A stretch of DNA of 64,000 nt from Escherichia coli (GCF_002854065.1 NZ_CP024147.1); one strand, 5' to 3'. Counted from the stretch's first letter, positions 12,483-25,326 are shown. A program made the numbers and translations. The notes: a model not told the origin generated them from the sequence alone.

Positions 12483-12688
12483 CGTTAATTATCCGCAGTT
12501 GTGATAAGCGCAGTGTATTTCGCAAAACATTGCCATTCCCTGCTCTGGCGCAATATTCATTCTTATTTTCGCGTTGATTCACGAACTGTTAATTACATAT
12601 TCACGGTGGCAAAAAATATAAAACCACATTTTTAGTGGTAGTTTGTAGCGGTGAATTTTTCCAGACAAATACAGAAACTGGAGTTGCC

Positions 12689-13600
12689 ATGATGAGCGAA
12701 AGTAATAAGCAACAGGCAGTGAATAAGTTGACGGAGATTGTCGCTAACTTTACCGCCATGATTTCTACCCGAATGCCTGATGACGTGGTGGATAAACTAA
12801 AACAGCTAAAGGATGCCGAAACGTCGTCAATGGGGAAAATTATCTACCATACGATGTTCGACAACATGCAAAAAGCGATTGACCTGAACCGTCCTGCCTG
12901 TCAGGACACCGGGGAGATTATGTTCTTCGTTAAAGTCGGTTCCCGCTTCCCACTGCTTGGCGAGCTGCAAAGCATACTCAAACAAGCCGTGGAAGAGGCG
13001 ACCATCAAAGCGCCACTGCGTCACAATGCGGTAGAAATTTTTGACGAAGTAAACACCGGCAAAAATACCGGTAGCGGCGTACCGTGGGTCACCTGGGATA
13101 TCGTCCCCGACGGTGACGATGCGGAAATCGAAGTTTACATGGCAGGCGGCGGCTGCACGCTACCTGGCCGCTCGAAAGTGTTAATGCCGTCAGAAGGCTA
13201 CGAAGGCGTAGTGAAATTCGTCTTCGAAAATATCTCCACCCTCGCCGTAAACGCCTGTCCACCGGTACTGGTGGGCGTGGGCATCGCCACCTCGGTGGAA
13301 ACCGCCGCCGTGCTCTCGCGAAAAGCCATTTTGCGCCCGATTGGCAGCCGCCACCCCAATCCAAAAGCGGCAGAGCTGGAGCTACGCCTGGAAGAAGGAC
13401 TCAACCGTCTGGGGATTGGTCCACAAGGGCTGACTGGCAACAGTTCAGTGATGGGCGTGCATATCGAATCTGCCGCTCGCCATCCGTCAACCATCGGCGT
13501 TGCTGTTTCTACAGGCTGCTGGGCGCATCGTCGCGGCACACTGCTGGTTCATGCCGATCTCTCCTTTGAAAATCTGTCTCACACCCGGAGTGCGTTATGA
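12689..13600 (+). CDS. ttdA: L(+)-tartrate dehydratase alpha subunit
   Basis: Start placed at MMSESNKQQ (303 aa); the ORF-track frame has an 18-residue upstream extension. Confidence 0.9.
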
Positions 13601-14202
13601 AAAAGATCCTGACAACCCCGATCAAAGCTGAAGATCTGCAAGATATTCGCGTCGGCGATGTGATCTACCTGACCGGTACGCTGGTGACCTGCCGCGACGT
13701 TTGTCACCGCCGCTTGATCGAACTGAAACGTCCGATCCCTTACGATCTCAACGGCAAAGCGATTTTCCACGCTGGCCCCATCGTGCGCAAAAACGGCGAC
13801 AAATGGGAGATGGTCTCCGTCGGTCCGACAACCAGTATGCGTATGGAAAGTTTTGAACGTGAATTTATCGAGCAGACCGGCGTGAAACTGGTGGTCGGCA
13901 AAGGCGGAATGGGGCCGCTGACCGAAGAAGGCTGCCAGAAATTCAAGGCGCTACATGTGATTTTCCCGGCAGGCTGCGCGGTGCTGGCGGCAACCCAGGT
14001 AGAAGAGATTGAAGAAGTGCACTGGACAGAACTCGGGATGCCGGAGTCACTGTGGGTCTGCCGGGTCAAAGAGTTCGGCCCGCTGATTGTCTCTATTGAT
14101 ACCCACGGCAACAACCTGATAGCCGAAAACAAAAAGCTGTTCGCCGAACGCCGCGATCCCATCGTGGAAGAGATCTGCGAGCACGTCCATTACATCAAAT
14201 AA
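13597..14202 (+). CDS. ttdB: L(+)-tartrate dehydratase beta subunit
   Basis: 201 aa; 4-bp overlap with ttdA stop. Confidence 0.9.
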
Positions 14203-14249
14203 CCCTCCCGGAGAGGCTCGCCCCTCTCCTTTTTCGCAGGCATAACACG

Positions 14250-15713
14250 ATGAAACCTTCCACTGAATGGTGGCGATACCTTGCGCCGCTGGCGGTCATC
14301 GCCATTATTGCTCTAATTCCGGTTCCCGCAGGGCTGGAGAGTCATACCTGGCTCTACTTTGCCATTTTTACTGGCGTAATCGTTGGACTGATCCTCGAAC
14401 CCGTGCCGGGTGCCGTGGTGGCGATGGTGGGTATCTCCATCATCGCCATACTCTCTCCCTGGCTGCTGTTCAGCCCGGAGCAGCTCGCTCAGCCAGGCTT
14501 TAAATTCACTGCAAAATCCCTCTCGTGGGCCGTTTCCGGTTTTTCTAATTCGGTTATCTGGCTGATTTTCGCCGCCTTTATGTTTGGCACAGGCTATGAA
14601 AAAACCGGGCTGGGGCGACGTATCGCGCTGATTCTGGTGAAAAAGATGGGGCATCGCACGCTGTTTCTTGGCTATGCGGTGATGTTCTCCGAGCTGATCC
14701 TGGCACCTGTCACACCGTCCAACTCGGCGCGTGGTGCGGGGATTATCTATCCCATCATCCGTAACCTGCCGCCGCTCTATCAATCACAACCAAACGACAG
14801 CAGTTCGCGCAGTATTGGCTCGTACATCATGTGGATGGGGATTGTTGCCGACTGCGTGACCAGCGCCATTTTCCTGACGGCGATGGCTCCTAACTTGCTG
14901 TTAATTGGACTGATGAAAAGCGCATCTCACACCACGCTGAGTTGGGCCGACTGGTTCCTTGGGATGTTGCCGCTCAGTATTTTACTGGTCCTGCTGGTTC
15001 CCTGGCTGGCTTACGTGCTGTACCCGCCTGTACTGAAGTCAGGCGATCAGGTGCCGCGCTGGGCAGAGAAGGAACTGCAGGCAATGGGCCCGCTCTGTTC
15101 GCGTGAAAAACGGATGCTGGGGCTGATGGTAGGCGCGCTGGTGCTGTGGATTTTCGGCGGTGATTATATCGATGCCGCGATGGTCGGTTACAGCGTGGTG
15201 GCGCTGATGCTGCTTCTGCGCATTATCAGTTGGGACGATATTGTCAGTAATAAAGCGGCGTGGAACGTTTTCTTCTGGCTGGCCTCGCTTATCACCCTCG
15301 CGACCGGACTCAACAACACCGGTTTTATTAGCTGGTTTGGCAAACTGTTAGCAGGCAGCTTAAGCGGTTATTCGCCAACGATGGTGATGGTGGCGTTGAT
15401 TGTGGTGTTTTATCTACTGCGCTACTTTTTCGCCAGCGCCACGGCGTATACCTCCGCTCTCGCACCGATGATGATCGCCGCCGCGCTGGCGATGCCGGAA
15501 ATCCCGCTGCCGGTGTTCTGCCTGATGGTTGGCGCGGCAATTGGTCTGGGGAGCATTCTTACACCATACGCCACCGGACCCAGTCCGATTTACTACGGTA
15601 GTGGTTATCTGCCAACGGCGGATTACTGGCGACTGGGGGCGATTTTTGGGCTGATATTCCTCGTGTTGCTGGTGATTACCGGCTTACTGTGGATGCCCGT
15701 GGTGTTGCTTTAA
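14250..15713 (+). CDS. ttdT: L-tartrate/succinate antiporter
   Basis: 487 aa polytopic transporter downstream of ttdAB. Confidence 0.9.
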   Translation: MKPSTEWWRYLAPLAVIAIIALIPVPAGLESHTWLYFAIFTGVIVGLILEPVPGAVVAMVGISIIAILSPWLLFSPEQLAQPGFKFTAKSLSWAVSGFSNSVIWLIFAAFMFGTGYEKTGLGRRIALILVKKMGHRTLFLGYAVMFSELILAPVTPSNSARGAGIIYPIIRNLPPLYQSQPNDSSSRSIGSYIMWMGIVADCVTSAIFLTAMAPNLLLIGLMKSASHTTLSWADWFLGMLPLSILLVLLVPWLAYVLYPPVLKSGDQVPRWAEKELQAMGPLCSREKRMLGLMVGALVLWIFGGDYIDAAMVGYSVVALMLLLRIISWDDIVSNKAAWNVFFWLASLITLATGLNNTGFISWFGKLLAGSLSGYSPTMVMVALIVVFYLLRYFFASATAYTSALAPMMIAAALAMPEIPLPVFCLMVGAAIGLGSILTPYATGPSPIYYGSGYLPTADYWRLGAIFGLIFLVLLVITGLLWMPVVLL

Positions 15714-15755
15714 GTGAGGACGGTGCCGGAAATTGCTCTCCGGCACCCAATAGTT

Positions 15756-16769
15756 TTACGCAGCCGGTAACTCCGCCAGCGGCCAGCGCGGACGCACGCT
15801 AACGCCGAGATCCGCCGTCGCGCCTGCTTTAAACCGCACCATTCCGGCATAGGCGATCATCGCGCCGTTATCAGTACAAAATTCCGGACGCGCGTAGAAC
15901 ACTTCGCCGCGGCGTTTTTTCATCATTTCAGCCAGCTTCGCCCGTAACGTACGGTTAGCACTCACGCCGCCCGCCATGACCAGTCGCTTAAAGCCCGTCT
16001 GATCCAGCGCCCGCTTGCACTTAATCATCAGCGTATCGACCACCGCATCTTCAAAGGCGCGGGCGATATCAGCACGCGTCTGGTCGTCGGTGCCGTTGTC
16101 ACGAATCGTGTTCGCCGCAAAGGTTTTCAGACCAGAAAAGCTGAAATCCAGCCCCGGACGGTCGGTCATCGGACGCGGGAAAACAAAGCGCCCGGCAGTA
16201 CCCTGAGCCGCCATTTTCGACAGTAACGGTCCGCCAGGATAATCCAGCCCCAGCAGCTTCGCGGTTTTATCAAACGCTTCACCAGCAGCATCATCGATAG
16301 ACTCACCGAGCAGTTCGTACTGACCAATGCCAGTCACGCTGATTAACTGCGTATGCCCGCCGGAAACCAGCAGCGCGACAAACGGAAATTCCGGCGGGTT
16401 ATCTTCCAGCATCGGCGCTAACAGATGCCCTTCCATATGGTGTACAGGGATCGCCGGAACGTTCCAGGCAAACGCCAGAGAACGCCCCACGGTCGCGCCA
16501 ACCAGCAGTGCGCCGACTAATCCAGGGCCTGCGGTATAGGCCACAGCATCAATGTCTTTTGCCGTTAAACCAGACTCCTTTAGCGCCGCCTGGATCAACG
16601 GTACGGTTTTACGCACATGATCGCGGGAGGCCAGCTCAGGCACAACGCCCCCGTAGTCAGCGTGCAATTTCACCTGACTATACAATTGGTTGGCTAACAA
16701 ACCTTTTTCATCGTCGTAAATGGCGATGCCGGTTTCATCGCAGGAAGTTTCAATACCCAGTACACGCAT
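15756..16769 (-). CDS. tsaD: tRNA N6-adenosine threonylcarbamoyltransferase
   Basis: 337 aa, [21 protein letters not shown]-terminus; divergent from rpsU. Confidence 0.95.
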   Translation of the reverse strand: MRVLGIETSCDETGIAIYDDEKGLLANQLYSQVKLHADYGGVVPELASRDHVRKTVPLIQAALKESGLTAKDIDAVAYTAGPGLVGALLVGATVGRSLAFAWNVPAIPVHHMEGHLLAPMLEDNPPEFPFVALLVSGGHTQLISVTGIGQYELLGESIDDAAGEAFDKTAKLLGLDYPGGPLLSKMAAQGTAGRFVFPRPMTDRPGLDFSFSGLKTFAANTIRDNGTDDQTRADIARAFEDAVVDTLMIKCKRALDQTGFKRLVMAGGVSANRTLRAKLAEMMKKRRGEVFYARPEFCTDNGAMIAYAGMVRFKAGATADLGVSVRPRWPLAELPAA

Positions 16770-16967
16770 GACTTGTTTTACCTCGCTTTATTACTGCGCA
16801 GTGTAGGACCAATGCGGGTTGATGTAAAACTTTGTTCGCCCCTGGAGAAAGCCTCGTGTATACTCCTCACCCTTATAAAAGTCCCTTTCAAAAAAGGCCG
16901 CGGTGCTTTACAAAGCAGCAGCAATTGCAGTAAAATTCCGCACCATTTTGAAATAAGCTGGCGTTGA

Positions 16968-17222
<255 letters not shown>

Positions 17223-17268
17223 TTCCCCGAGAGCGTTGCTCTCCGATCAGACCGAGTTGTAGTTGTAA

Positions 17269-17305
17269 GGCCGTGCTTCCGAAAGGAATGCGCGGCTTAT
17301 TTTCG
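17269..17305 (+). terminator. Hairpin plus T-run in the rpsU-dnaG spacer (candidate partial terminator T1)
   Basis: gccgtgcttccgaaaggaatgcgcggc followed by ttatttt. Confidence 0.45.
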
Positions 17306-17332
17306 TTTATGAATTGCTAAAAATCGGGGCCT

Positions 17333-19078
17333 ATGGCTGGACGAATCCCACGCGTATTCATTAATGATCTGCTGGCACGCACTGACATCGTCGATCTGAT
17401 CGATGCCCGTGTGAAGCTGAAAAAGCAGGGCAAGAATTTCCACGCGTGTTGTCCATTCCACAACGAGAAAACCCCGTCCTTCACCGTTAACGGTGAGAAA
17501 CAGTTTTACCACTGCTTTGGATGTGGCGCGCACGGCAACGCGATCGACTTCCTGATGAACTACGACAAGCTTGAGTTCGTCGAAACGGTCGAAGAGCTGG
17601 CGGCAATGCACAATCTTGAAGTGCCATTTGAAGCAGGTAGCGGCCCCAGCCAGATCGAGCGCCATCAGCGGCAAACGCTTTATCAGTTGATGGACGGTCT
17701 GAATACGTTTTACCAACAATCTTTACAGCAACCTGTTGCCACGTCTGCGCGCCAGTATCTGGAAAAACGCGGATTAAGCCACGAGGTTATCGCTCGCTTT
17801 GCGATTGGTTTTGCGCCCCCCGGCTGGGACAACGTCCTGAAGCGGTTTGGCGGCAATCCAGAAAATCGCCAGTCATTGATTGATGCGGGGATGTTGGTCA
17901 CTAACGATCAGGGACGCAGTTACGATCGTTTCCGCGAGCGGGTGATGTTCCCCATTCGCGATAAACGCGGTCGGGTGATTGGTTTTGGCGGGCGCGTGCT
18001 GGGCAACGATACCCCCAAATACCTGAACTCGCCGGAAACAGACATTTTCCATAAAGGCCGCCAGCTTTACGGTCTTTATGAAGCGCAGCAGGATAACGCT
18101 GAACCCAATCGTCTGCTTGTGGTCGAAGGCTATATGGACGTGGTGGCGCTGGCGCAATACGGCATTAATTACGCCGTTGCGTCGTTAGGTACGTCAACCA
18201 CCGCCGATCACATACAACTGTTGTTCCGCGCGACCAACAATGTCATTTGCTGTTATGACGGCGACCGTGCAGGCCGCGATGCCGCCTGGCGAGCACTGGA
18301 AACGGCGCTGCCTTACATGACAGACGGCCGTCAGCTACGCTTTATGTTTTTGCCTGATGGCGAAGACCCTGACACGCTGGTACGAAAAGAAGGTAAAGAA
18401 GCGTTTGAAGCGCGGATGGAGCAGGCGATGCCGCTTTCCGCATTTCTGTTTAACAGCCTGATGCCGCAAGTTGATCTGAGTACCCCTGACGGGCGCGCAC
18501 GTTTGAGTACGCTGGCACTGCCATTGATATCGCAAGTGCCGGGCGAAACGCTGCGAATATATCTTCGTCAGGAATTAGGCAACAAATTAGGCATACTTGA
18601 TGACAGCCAGCTTGAACGATTAATGCCAAAAGCGGCAGAGAGCGGCGTTTCTCGCCCTGTTCCGCAGCTAAAACGCACGACCATGCGTATACTTATAGGG
18701 TTGCTGGTGCAAAATCCAGAATTAGCGACGCTGGTCCCGCCGCTTGAGAATCTGGATGAAAATAAGCTCCCTGGACTTGGCTTATTCAGAGAACTGGTCA
18801 ACACTTGTCTCTCCCAGCCAGGTCTGACCACCGGGCAACTTTTAGAGCACTACCGTGGTACAAATAATGCTGCCACCCTTGAAAAACTGTCGATGTGGGA
18901 CGATATAGCAGATAAGAATATTGCTGAGCAAACCTTCACCGACTCACTCAACCATATGTTTGATTCGCTGCTTGAACTGCGCCAGGAAGAGTTAATCGCT
19001 CGTGAGCGCACGCATGGTTTAAGCAACGAAGAACGCCTGGAGCTCTGGACATTAAACCAGGAGCTGGCGAAAAAGTGA
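17333..19078 (+). CDS. dnaG: DNA primase
   Basis: 581 aa with CHC2 zinc finger (CCPFHNEKTPSF) and TOPRIM region. Confidence 0.97.
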   Translation: MAGRIPRVFINDLLARTDIVDLIDARVKLKKQGKNFHACCPFHNEKTPSFTVNGEKQFYHCFGCGAHGNAIDFLMNYDKLEFVETVEELAAMHNLEVPFEAGSGPSQIERHQRQTLYQLMDGLNTFYQQSLQQPVATSARQYLEKRGLSHEVIARFAIGFAPPGWDNVLKRFGGNPENRQSLIDAGMLVTNDQGRSYDRFRERVMFPIRDKRGRVIGFGGRVLGNDTPKYLNSPETDIFHKGRQLYGLYEAQQDNAEPNRLLVVEGYMDVVALAQYGINYAVASLGTSTTADHIQLLFRATNNVICCYDGDRAGRDAAWRALETALPYMTDGRQLRFMFLPDGEDPDTLVRKEGKEAFEARMEQAMPLSAFLFNSLMPQVDLSTPDGRARLSTLALPLISQVPGETLRIYLRQELGNKLGILDDSQLERLMPKAAESGVSRPVPQLKRTTMRILIGLLVQNPELATLVPPLENLDENKLPGLGLFRELVNTCLSQPGLTTGQLLEHYRGTNNAATLEKLSMWDDIADKNIAEQTFTDSLNHMFDSLLELRQEELIARERTHGLSNEERLELWTLNQELAKK

Positions 19079-19272
19079 TTTAACGGCTTAAGTGCCGAAG
19101 AGCGATCGGGAAGCCCCCGACAGCCGCACTGAGAGGCAGCGGCAAATATATAAGTACGCCCTCGTAATTATCGTTGGCGGTAAACAACCGTTGGATTTCA
19201 GCGTTAACGGCTGAAGGACATCGGGTCAATCGCCCAACACCAACCTCATGAAATAAGTGTGGATACCGTCTT

Positions 19273-21114
<1,842 letters not shown>

Positions 21115-21167
21115 TCGGTAGGCTGGATCAGGCGTTACGCCGCACCCGGCACCTGTCCCTTTGCACA

Positions 21168-21195
21168 AACGCCACCTTTTCGGTGGCGTTTTTTA
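21168..21195. terminator. Bidirectional rho-independent terminator between convergent rpoD and mug
   Basis: aacgccacc-ttttc-ggtggcgtt stem-loop followed by T-run; A-run on the other side. Confidence 0.7.
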
Positions 21196-21699
21196 TCGCC
21201 CACGCACCACCAGCGCCTGGTCCAGCTCGCGATACGCTTCAACCAGTTTCTCCAGTGAAACGCGACTTAAACCGCTGGGATTTGGCAGCACCCAAATCTG
21301 CGTCGAACCAATGCTGAGCGTTTGTTTCCCCCACTGTGCACCGCGCTGGCTGAATCCCTGTTCATATGCTTGTTTGCCCAGAATCGCCAACGCTTGCGGC
21401 TGATAATCTTCAATTTTTTCAATCAGCTTACGCCCACCTGCGTGTAGCTCTTGCTTTGAAATTTCATTGGCTTTCACCGTTGGACGGTCTACCAGTTTGG
21501 TGACGCCACAACGATAATCCAGCAGATGCTGTGCCTCCTGCGGCTTCAACTGACGGTCGGTAAACCCGGCCTGATATATCACCTTCCAGAAGCGATTTGC
21601 CGGATGAGCAAAGGGAAAACCAGTCCCGGCGGATGAAAGCCCAGGGTTGATACCGCAAAACACGACCCGTAACCCTGGAGCCAAAATATCCTCAACCAT
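21193..21699 (-). CDS. mug: G/U mismatch-specific uracil-DNA glycosylase
   Basis: 168 aa, [20 protein letters not shown]. Confidence 0.95.
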   Translation of the reverse strand: MVEDILAPGLRVVFCGINPGLSSAGTGFPFAHPANRFWKVIYQAGFTDRQLKPQEAQHLLDYRCGVTKLVDRPTVKANEISKQELHAGGRKLIEKIEDYQPQALAILGKQAYEQGFSQRGAQWGKQTLSIGSTQIWVLPNPSGLSRVSLEKLVEAYRELDQALVVRGR

Positions 21700-21823
21700 A
21701 TTTACTCCTTTCTAACATCACCAGGAAAAGTATAACGGATTGAAAATACATTGTTTATAAAAACAGCAGGCGCGCGGTAATGGCTGGATTGCGACACGGA
21801 GTTACTTTATAATCCGCTACCAT

Positions 21824-21899
21824 GGCCCCTTAGCTCAGTGGTTAGAGCAGGCGACTCATAATCGCTTGGTCGCTGGTTCAAGTCCAGCAGGGGCCACCA
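21824..21899 (+). tRNA. ileX: tRNA-Ile (anticodon CAU, lysidine-type); island integration target
   Basis: 76 nt cloverleaf: acceptor ggcccct/aggggcc, anticodon loop ctCATaa, T-arm ggttcaagtcc, 3' CCA encoded; position between mug and yqjH. Confidence 0.85.
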
Positions 21900-21912
21900 G
21901 ATATAGCAAAGG
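21853..21912 (+). repeat. Left copy of 60-bp direct repeat (tRNA 3' half plus 13 bp) bounding the island
   Basis: Identical 60-mer gactcataatcgcttggtcgctggttcaagtccagcaggggccaccagatatagcaaagg also at 61569-61628. Confidence 0.8.
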
Positions 21913-21998
21913 GTTAGCTAATAAATCAGCTAACCCTTTTTCTTTTGCCTTTGAATTGGGTCAGGTAATGGGTCAGGTAAGCTTTTTCTCCATCTGAC

Positions 21999-22844
21999 TC
22001 AGATGGCTGATAGTTGCCCCGGATAATACTTCGCAATGATGTCATTTAGCCGATCAACCAGTTCTGGTTTTCTGAACGTGATATGCGCGGAGCCCTTCTT
22101 AAAGTATCTGATGCTGAACATCTCATCTTCATAGCAGGCTTTGCCCTGAACGGAGCGGATGTGATCATCCAGCCGAATAATGATATTTTCCCGGCTGTCG
22201 GGGATCGGTTTGCCGCTGAACAGGTGCAGCATTCTTTCCAGGTCGGCAAGTCGATCTGCCTGTTGCCCGGTGATAAGATGCAATCCCCACCGGTCCCACC
22301 TCACCAGATTGTTGACGATAATTTTACTGCCAAATTTACAGGGGCAATTGGTTTTGTAATCCCAGCTCAGTCCCCTGAAGACGTTGATGACCCCACGCTC
22401 AAACACTTCATCCTTATTCTGGTGTAGTTGCTCAAACGTACTCAGTATATTCTCTTCACTGATTTCCGGAAAATTATCGTACTCCAGTGACCGGTACCAT
22501 GTACCACGGGCCTGTGCATCCATTAAGGAAAGCATCCCTGAACGTTGCATCAGGTCACGCCAGATTTCACGGTCAAGGTTGCGGGTGATGGCTTTCATTG
22601 CCGTTTCAGGTTTCTCCATCAGCCAGCAACCGCAGCGAAAATCCTGTTTCATGGCCCAGTCCGGAGCAGTTTTACCTCCAATACTTTCTGTCATTGCTGA
22701 TATTTCAGCCAGTTGCCGGATAAGTGTGTCGATTTGCAGCAGTGTGCTCTTTCGTACAGCCAGAATGTGGCGGATACTGGTTGAGCAGATAACGTCCGTA
22801 TGCCCGTTGACCACTTCCGGACGGGCGATTGTGATGCCTGACAT
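21999..22844 (-). CDS. Island-associated hypothetical protein (possibly DUF4942-like)
   Basis: 281 aa ORF at the tRNA-proximal island end; family name from memory only. Confidence 0.45.
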   Translation of the reverse strand: MSGITIARPEVVNGHTDVICSTSIRHILAVRKSTLLQIDTLIRQLAEISAMTESIGGKTAPDWAMKQDFRCGCWLMEKPETAMKAITRNLDREIWRDLMQRSGMLSLMDAQARGTWYRSLEYDNFPEISEENILSTFEQLHQNKDEVFERGVINVFRGLSWDYKTNCPCKFGSKIIVNNLVRWDRWGLHLITGQQADRLADLERMLHLFSGKPIPDSRENIIIRLDDHIRSVQGKACYEDEMFSIRYFKKGSAHITFRKPELVDRLNDIIAKYYPGQLSAI

Positions 22845-22940
22845 AATCGGTTTTCCTTTCTGTTTATAAATGAAAACGCCAGCCGTATTCAGGCTGGCGT
22901 CGGGGGAATGAAGTGTGGTGAGAAAGATAATGAGTGAAAC

Positions 22941-23138
22941 TCACCGGTTCAGGTGCTGAAACTGCAGATGGCGCAGAGTTCGGACATCCTGTCGCGCCTG
23001 TTCGATACAGGGCAACAGTGCTGCCGAATCCGTTTTATCCTCATCGTTGTCAAAGATAATTTCCGATTCGCAGTCAATATTGTCCTGCAGCCACGCAATC
23101 AGAATATCCAGCGCCGTTTCTGTGGTTAATAATTTCAT
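22941..23138 (-). CDS. YeeW-like small protein (65 aa)
   Basis: MKLLTTETALDILIAWLQDNIDCESEIIFDNDEDK...; the longer 189-aa ORF-track frame looks like an artefactual upstream extension. Confidence 0.45.
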   Translation of the reverse strand: MKLLTTETALDILIAWLQDNIDCESEIIFDNDEDKTDSAALLPCIEQARQDVRTLRHLQFQHLNR

Positions 23139-23475
23139 CCAGTGTCTTTTGTCCTGATTACCAGTCGAAAGTGGGGAACCCCGGCAGACATTCTGCGCTG
23201 GCGTCCAGATGAATGAGACTGACGCCATAACGCCGGGTGAGTGTGACAACCAGACGACGGAACGTTTTTGACAGGCCCAGGCGCTTAAGCCGCAGAACCG
23301 GGTATGACCACGCATCGGTACGTAACAGATAGCCGCTACCTGTGAAATGAATCCATTCTGATTCACCAACGTCACTGGTCTGGTGTGACAGCGAGTGCAA
23401 CCAGGCGTTGTCCGTTTCCGTGATATGTGCGGTACTGCAGCGTATGCCGGCAAGGGTTGCAAATGGCGGAGGTGT

Positions 23476-23646
23476 TCAGGTTGACTGTTGGTCGGATTCC
23501 TCCACCACACGGAGTGAATAACCGTTTTCAGCGATGTTATTAATCAGTTCAGTGAGATTAACACCATCGACGTCAACGACAATGCGCCCCATGTTCAGTG
23601 CCTGCACGTTAATGCTGTCGGCTTCCAGCGTCAGGGCCAGTTTCAT
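23476..23646 (-). CDS. Small ORF (56 aa) translationally coupled to cbtA
   Basis: ATG overlaps the cbtA TGA stop in an ATGA junction; MKLALTLEADSINVQALNMGRIVVDVDGVNLTELINNIAENGYSLRVVEESDQQST. Confidence 0.4.
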   Translation of the reverse strand: MKLALTLEADSINVQALNMGRIVVDVDGVNLTELINNIAENGYSLRVVEESDQQST

Positions 23647-24020
23647 TGTTTCGCCCCCGGATGTTTACCCAGGGTAATGTTATTTACCGTTCTGTAATTG
23701 TCGCGGGTCATCAGGCCTGTCGCCCGGCGGGCCCGGAGGATATCGATGCTGTTTATTAACTGAGAACGGGTACAGGCGCTGAATCCCGGCTGGTCGGTAC
23801 GCACCAGTGCGTATTTTTCCACGAGAAAGTTCACCGCATCACACAGTGAAATGCCTGCCTCAATATGCTGCTCAATCACACGTTCATCGGCAAACGGTGT
23901 GTCATTCAGTGTGAGGCCGTAGTGCTGGTCCAGCAGTCGGGACAGCAGTATCTGCCAGATTTCAACAGGAGACGGGCGAGAACTGGCCGCCTGCCCGGGT
24001 AATACAGGTAATGTTTTCAT
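23643..24020 (-). CDS. cbtA: CbtA/YeeV-family toxin (cytoskeleton-binding toxin)
   Basis: 125 aa, MKTLPVLPGQAASSRPSPVEIWQILLSRLLDQHYGLTLNDTPF, close to recalled YeeV. Confidence 0.85.
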   Translation of the reverse strand: MKTLPVLPGQAASSRPSPVEIWQILLSRLLDQHYGLTLNDTPFADERVIEQHIEAGISLCDAVNFLVEKYALVRTDQPGFSACTRSQLINSIDILRARRATGLMTRDNYRTVNNITLGKHPGAKQ

Positions 24021-24108
24021 ACTGAAGATTTTCCTGATATGCAGATATAAAAATGGGAAAGTGGCGTGGTGAAAACACCAGGCCGTAGCAGAAGGCTATT
24101 CTGGAGAG

Positions 24109-24462
24109 TTAATTTTTCATTTTGGGCATCGGATAAACAGCCAGATAAACGTAACCACAACTGCTGAGGGTATCGGCTTTGCAGGTCAGCCCTCTGGCAT
24201 ACAGCGTGACGGTATGCTGATGGCGGGGATTCAGTTCACCGCTGGTGAGCATGAGCTCCAGTTGTTTCATCAGCAGCGGAAAGGCCTGGTCCAGGTGGTA
24301 CGCATCTGCATTGCTGAACCGCCCTCTGATACCGGCGCGGTCTGCAAGGTAATGCAACCGGTTACCCTCCTGCACCAGACGTGCCCCGAAACAGGGCGTC
24401 ACTGTGCAGGGCAGCCCCCACCAGGGGCGGTCGTGATTGTCGTCGGGGAGTGTGTCTGACAC
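24109..24462 (-). CDS. cbeA: CbeA/YeeU-family antitoxin
   Basis: 117 aa, MSDTLPDDNHDRPWWGLPCTVTPCFGARLVQEGNRLHYLADRAGIRG; immediately upstream of cbtA. Confidence 0.85.
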   Translation of the reverse strand: MSDTLPDDNHDRPWWGLPCTVTPCFGARLVQEGNRLHYLADRAGIRGRFSNADAYHLDQAFPLLMKQLELMLTSGELNPRHQHTVTLYARGLTCKADTLSSCGYVYLAVYPMPKMKN

Positions 24463-24541
24463 GATAAAGTCCTCACAGAAAATCGGTTAAGAATGCTCCG
24501 GTGGTGGCGATAATTCTGCTCATCTGAATGCCCTTCCAGAC

Positions 24542-24763
24542 TCAGTTCAGTGTGACGCTCATCAGCCGGACATACGGACCAAAACTGTCCTTACGGTGTT
24601 CTGCAAACACGGCCAGCACACCGGGAATATCCTGTACTTCACGACCGGTATACGCTTCAGCACCGCCGTGCCAGCGATACTTACCGGTACAGAACGGAAA
24701 AAGACGGGATGCAGGATGCTGACGGTGAATACGCATGGCTTCACCACGGGTGATGATTTTCAT
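24542..24763 (-). CDS. yeeT: YeeT-like DUF987 protein
   Basis: 73 aa, MKIITRGEAMRIHRQHPASRLFPFCTGKYRWHG. Confidence 0.8.
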   Translation of the reverse strand: MKIITRGEAMRIHRQHPASRLFPFCTGKYRWHGGAEAYTGREVQDIPGVLAVFAEHRKDSFGPYVRLMSVTLN

Positions 24764-24849
24764 GAGAATAGTCCTCCTGAATGTGAAAGTAAGAAACAGC
24801 TGAGAAAGAGAAACTGAAGTGATATGAAGGTGATTGTGACGGTGACGGG

Positions 24850-25326
24850 TTAAAGCAGACCGTGTTCCGCAAAGGAGAATACCTGGCTGCCACCGATTAT
24901 CAGATGGTCCGGTACCCGGATGTCCACCAGGCCCAGTGCCTGTACCAGACGTTCGGTGATAAGCCGGTCTGCCTTACTGGGTGTGACTTCACCGGACGGG
25001 TGATTGTGCGCCAGCACCACGGCAGCGGCATTGTGGTACAGGGCACGTTTAATCACTTCCCGGGGATGGACTTCCGTGCGGTTGATGGTGCCGGTGAAGA
25101 GGGTTTCACCGGCAATCAGCTGATTCTGGTTGTTCAGATACAGCACCCGGAACTCTTCCCGCTCCAGTCCCGCCATGTTCAGAATCAGCCACTCCCGTGC
25201 CGCATGCGTGGAGGTGAAGGCCACGCCGGGTTCATGAAGATGGCGGTCCAGGGTTTTCAGGGCCCGCTGAATGAGGCTGCGCTCGCCGGGCGTCATCTCT
25301 CCGGGCAGAAAGGAAAGCTGTTGCAT
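24850..25326 (-). CDS. RadC-like JAB/MPN domain protein (YeeS/YkfG/YfjY family)
   Basis: 158 aa with HNHPSGEVTPSKAD JAMM-type motif. Confidence 0.85.
   Translation of the reverse strand: MQQLSFLPGEMTPGERSLIQRALKTLDRHLHEPGVAFTSTHAAREWLILNMAGLEREEFRVLYLNNQNQLIAGETLFTGTINRTEVHPREVIKRALYHNAAAVVLAHNHPSGEVTPSKADRLITERLVQALGLVDIRVPDHLIIGGSQVFSFAEHGLL

Noticed and set aside
21790-21815. Sigma-70 promoter call for the tRNA (TATAAT at about 21809-21814)
   Set aside because: A good -10 is present, but I could not place a -35 with acceptable spacing by eye, so no promoter feature is given.
23139-23510. N-terminal 124 codons of the 189-aa ORF (22941-23510) and the 80-aa ORF 23158-23400
   Set aside because: W/R/P-rich, implausible sequence with no clean start; the supported units are the YeeW-like 65-aa ORF and the cbtA-coupled 56-aa ORF. 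The 80-aa frame cannot be excluded, so it is listed here rather than annotated.
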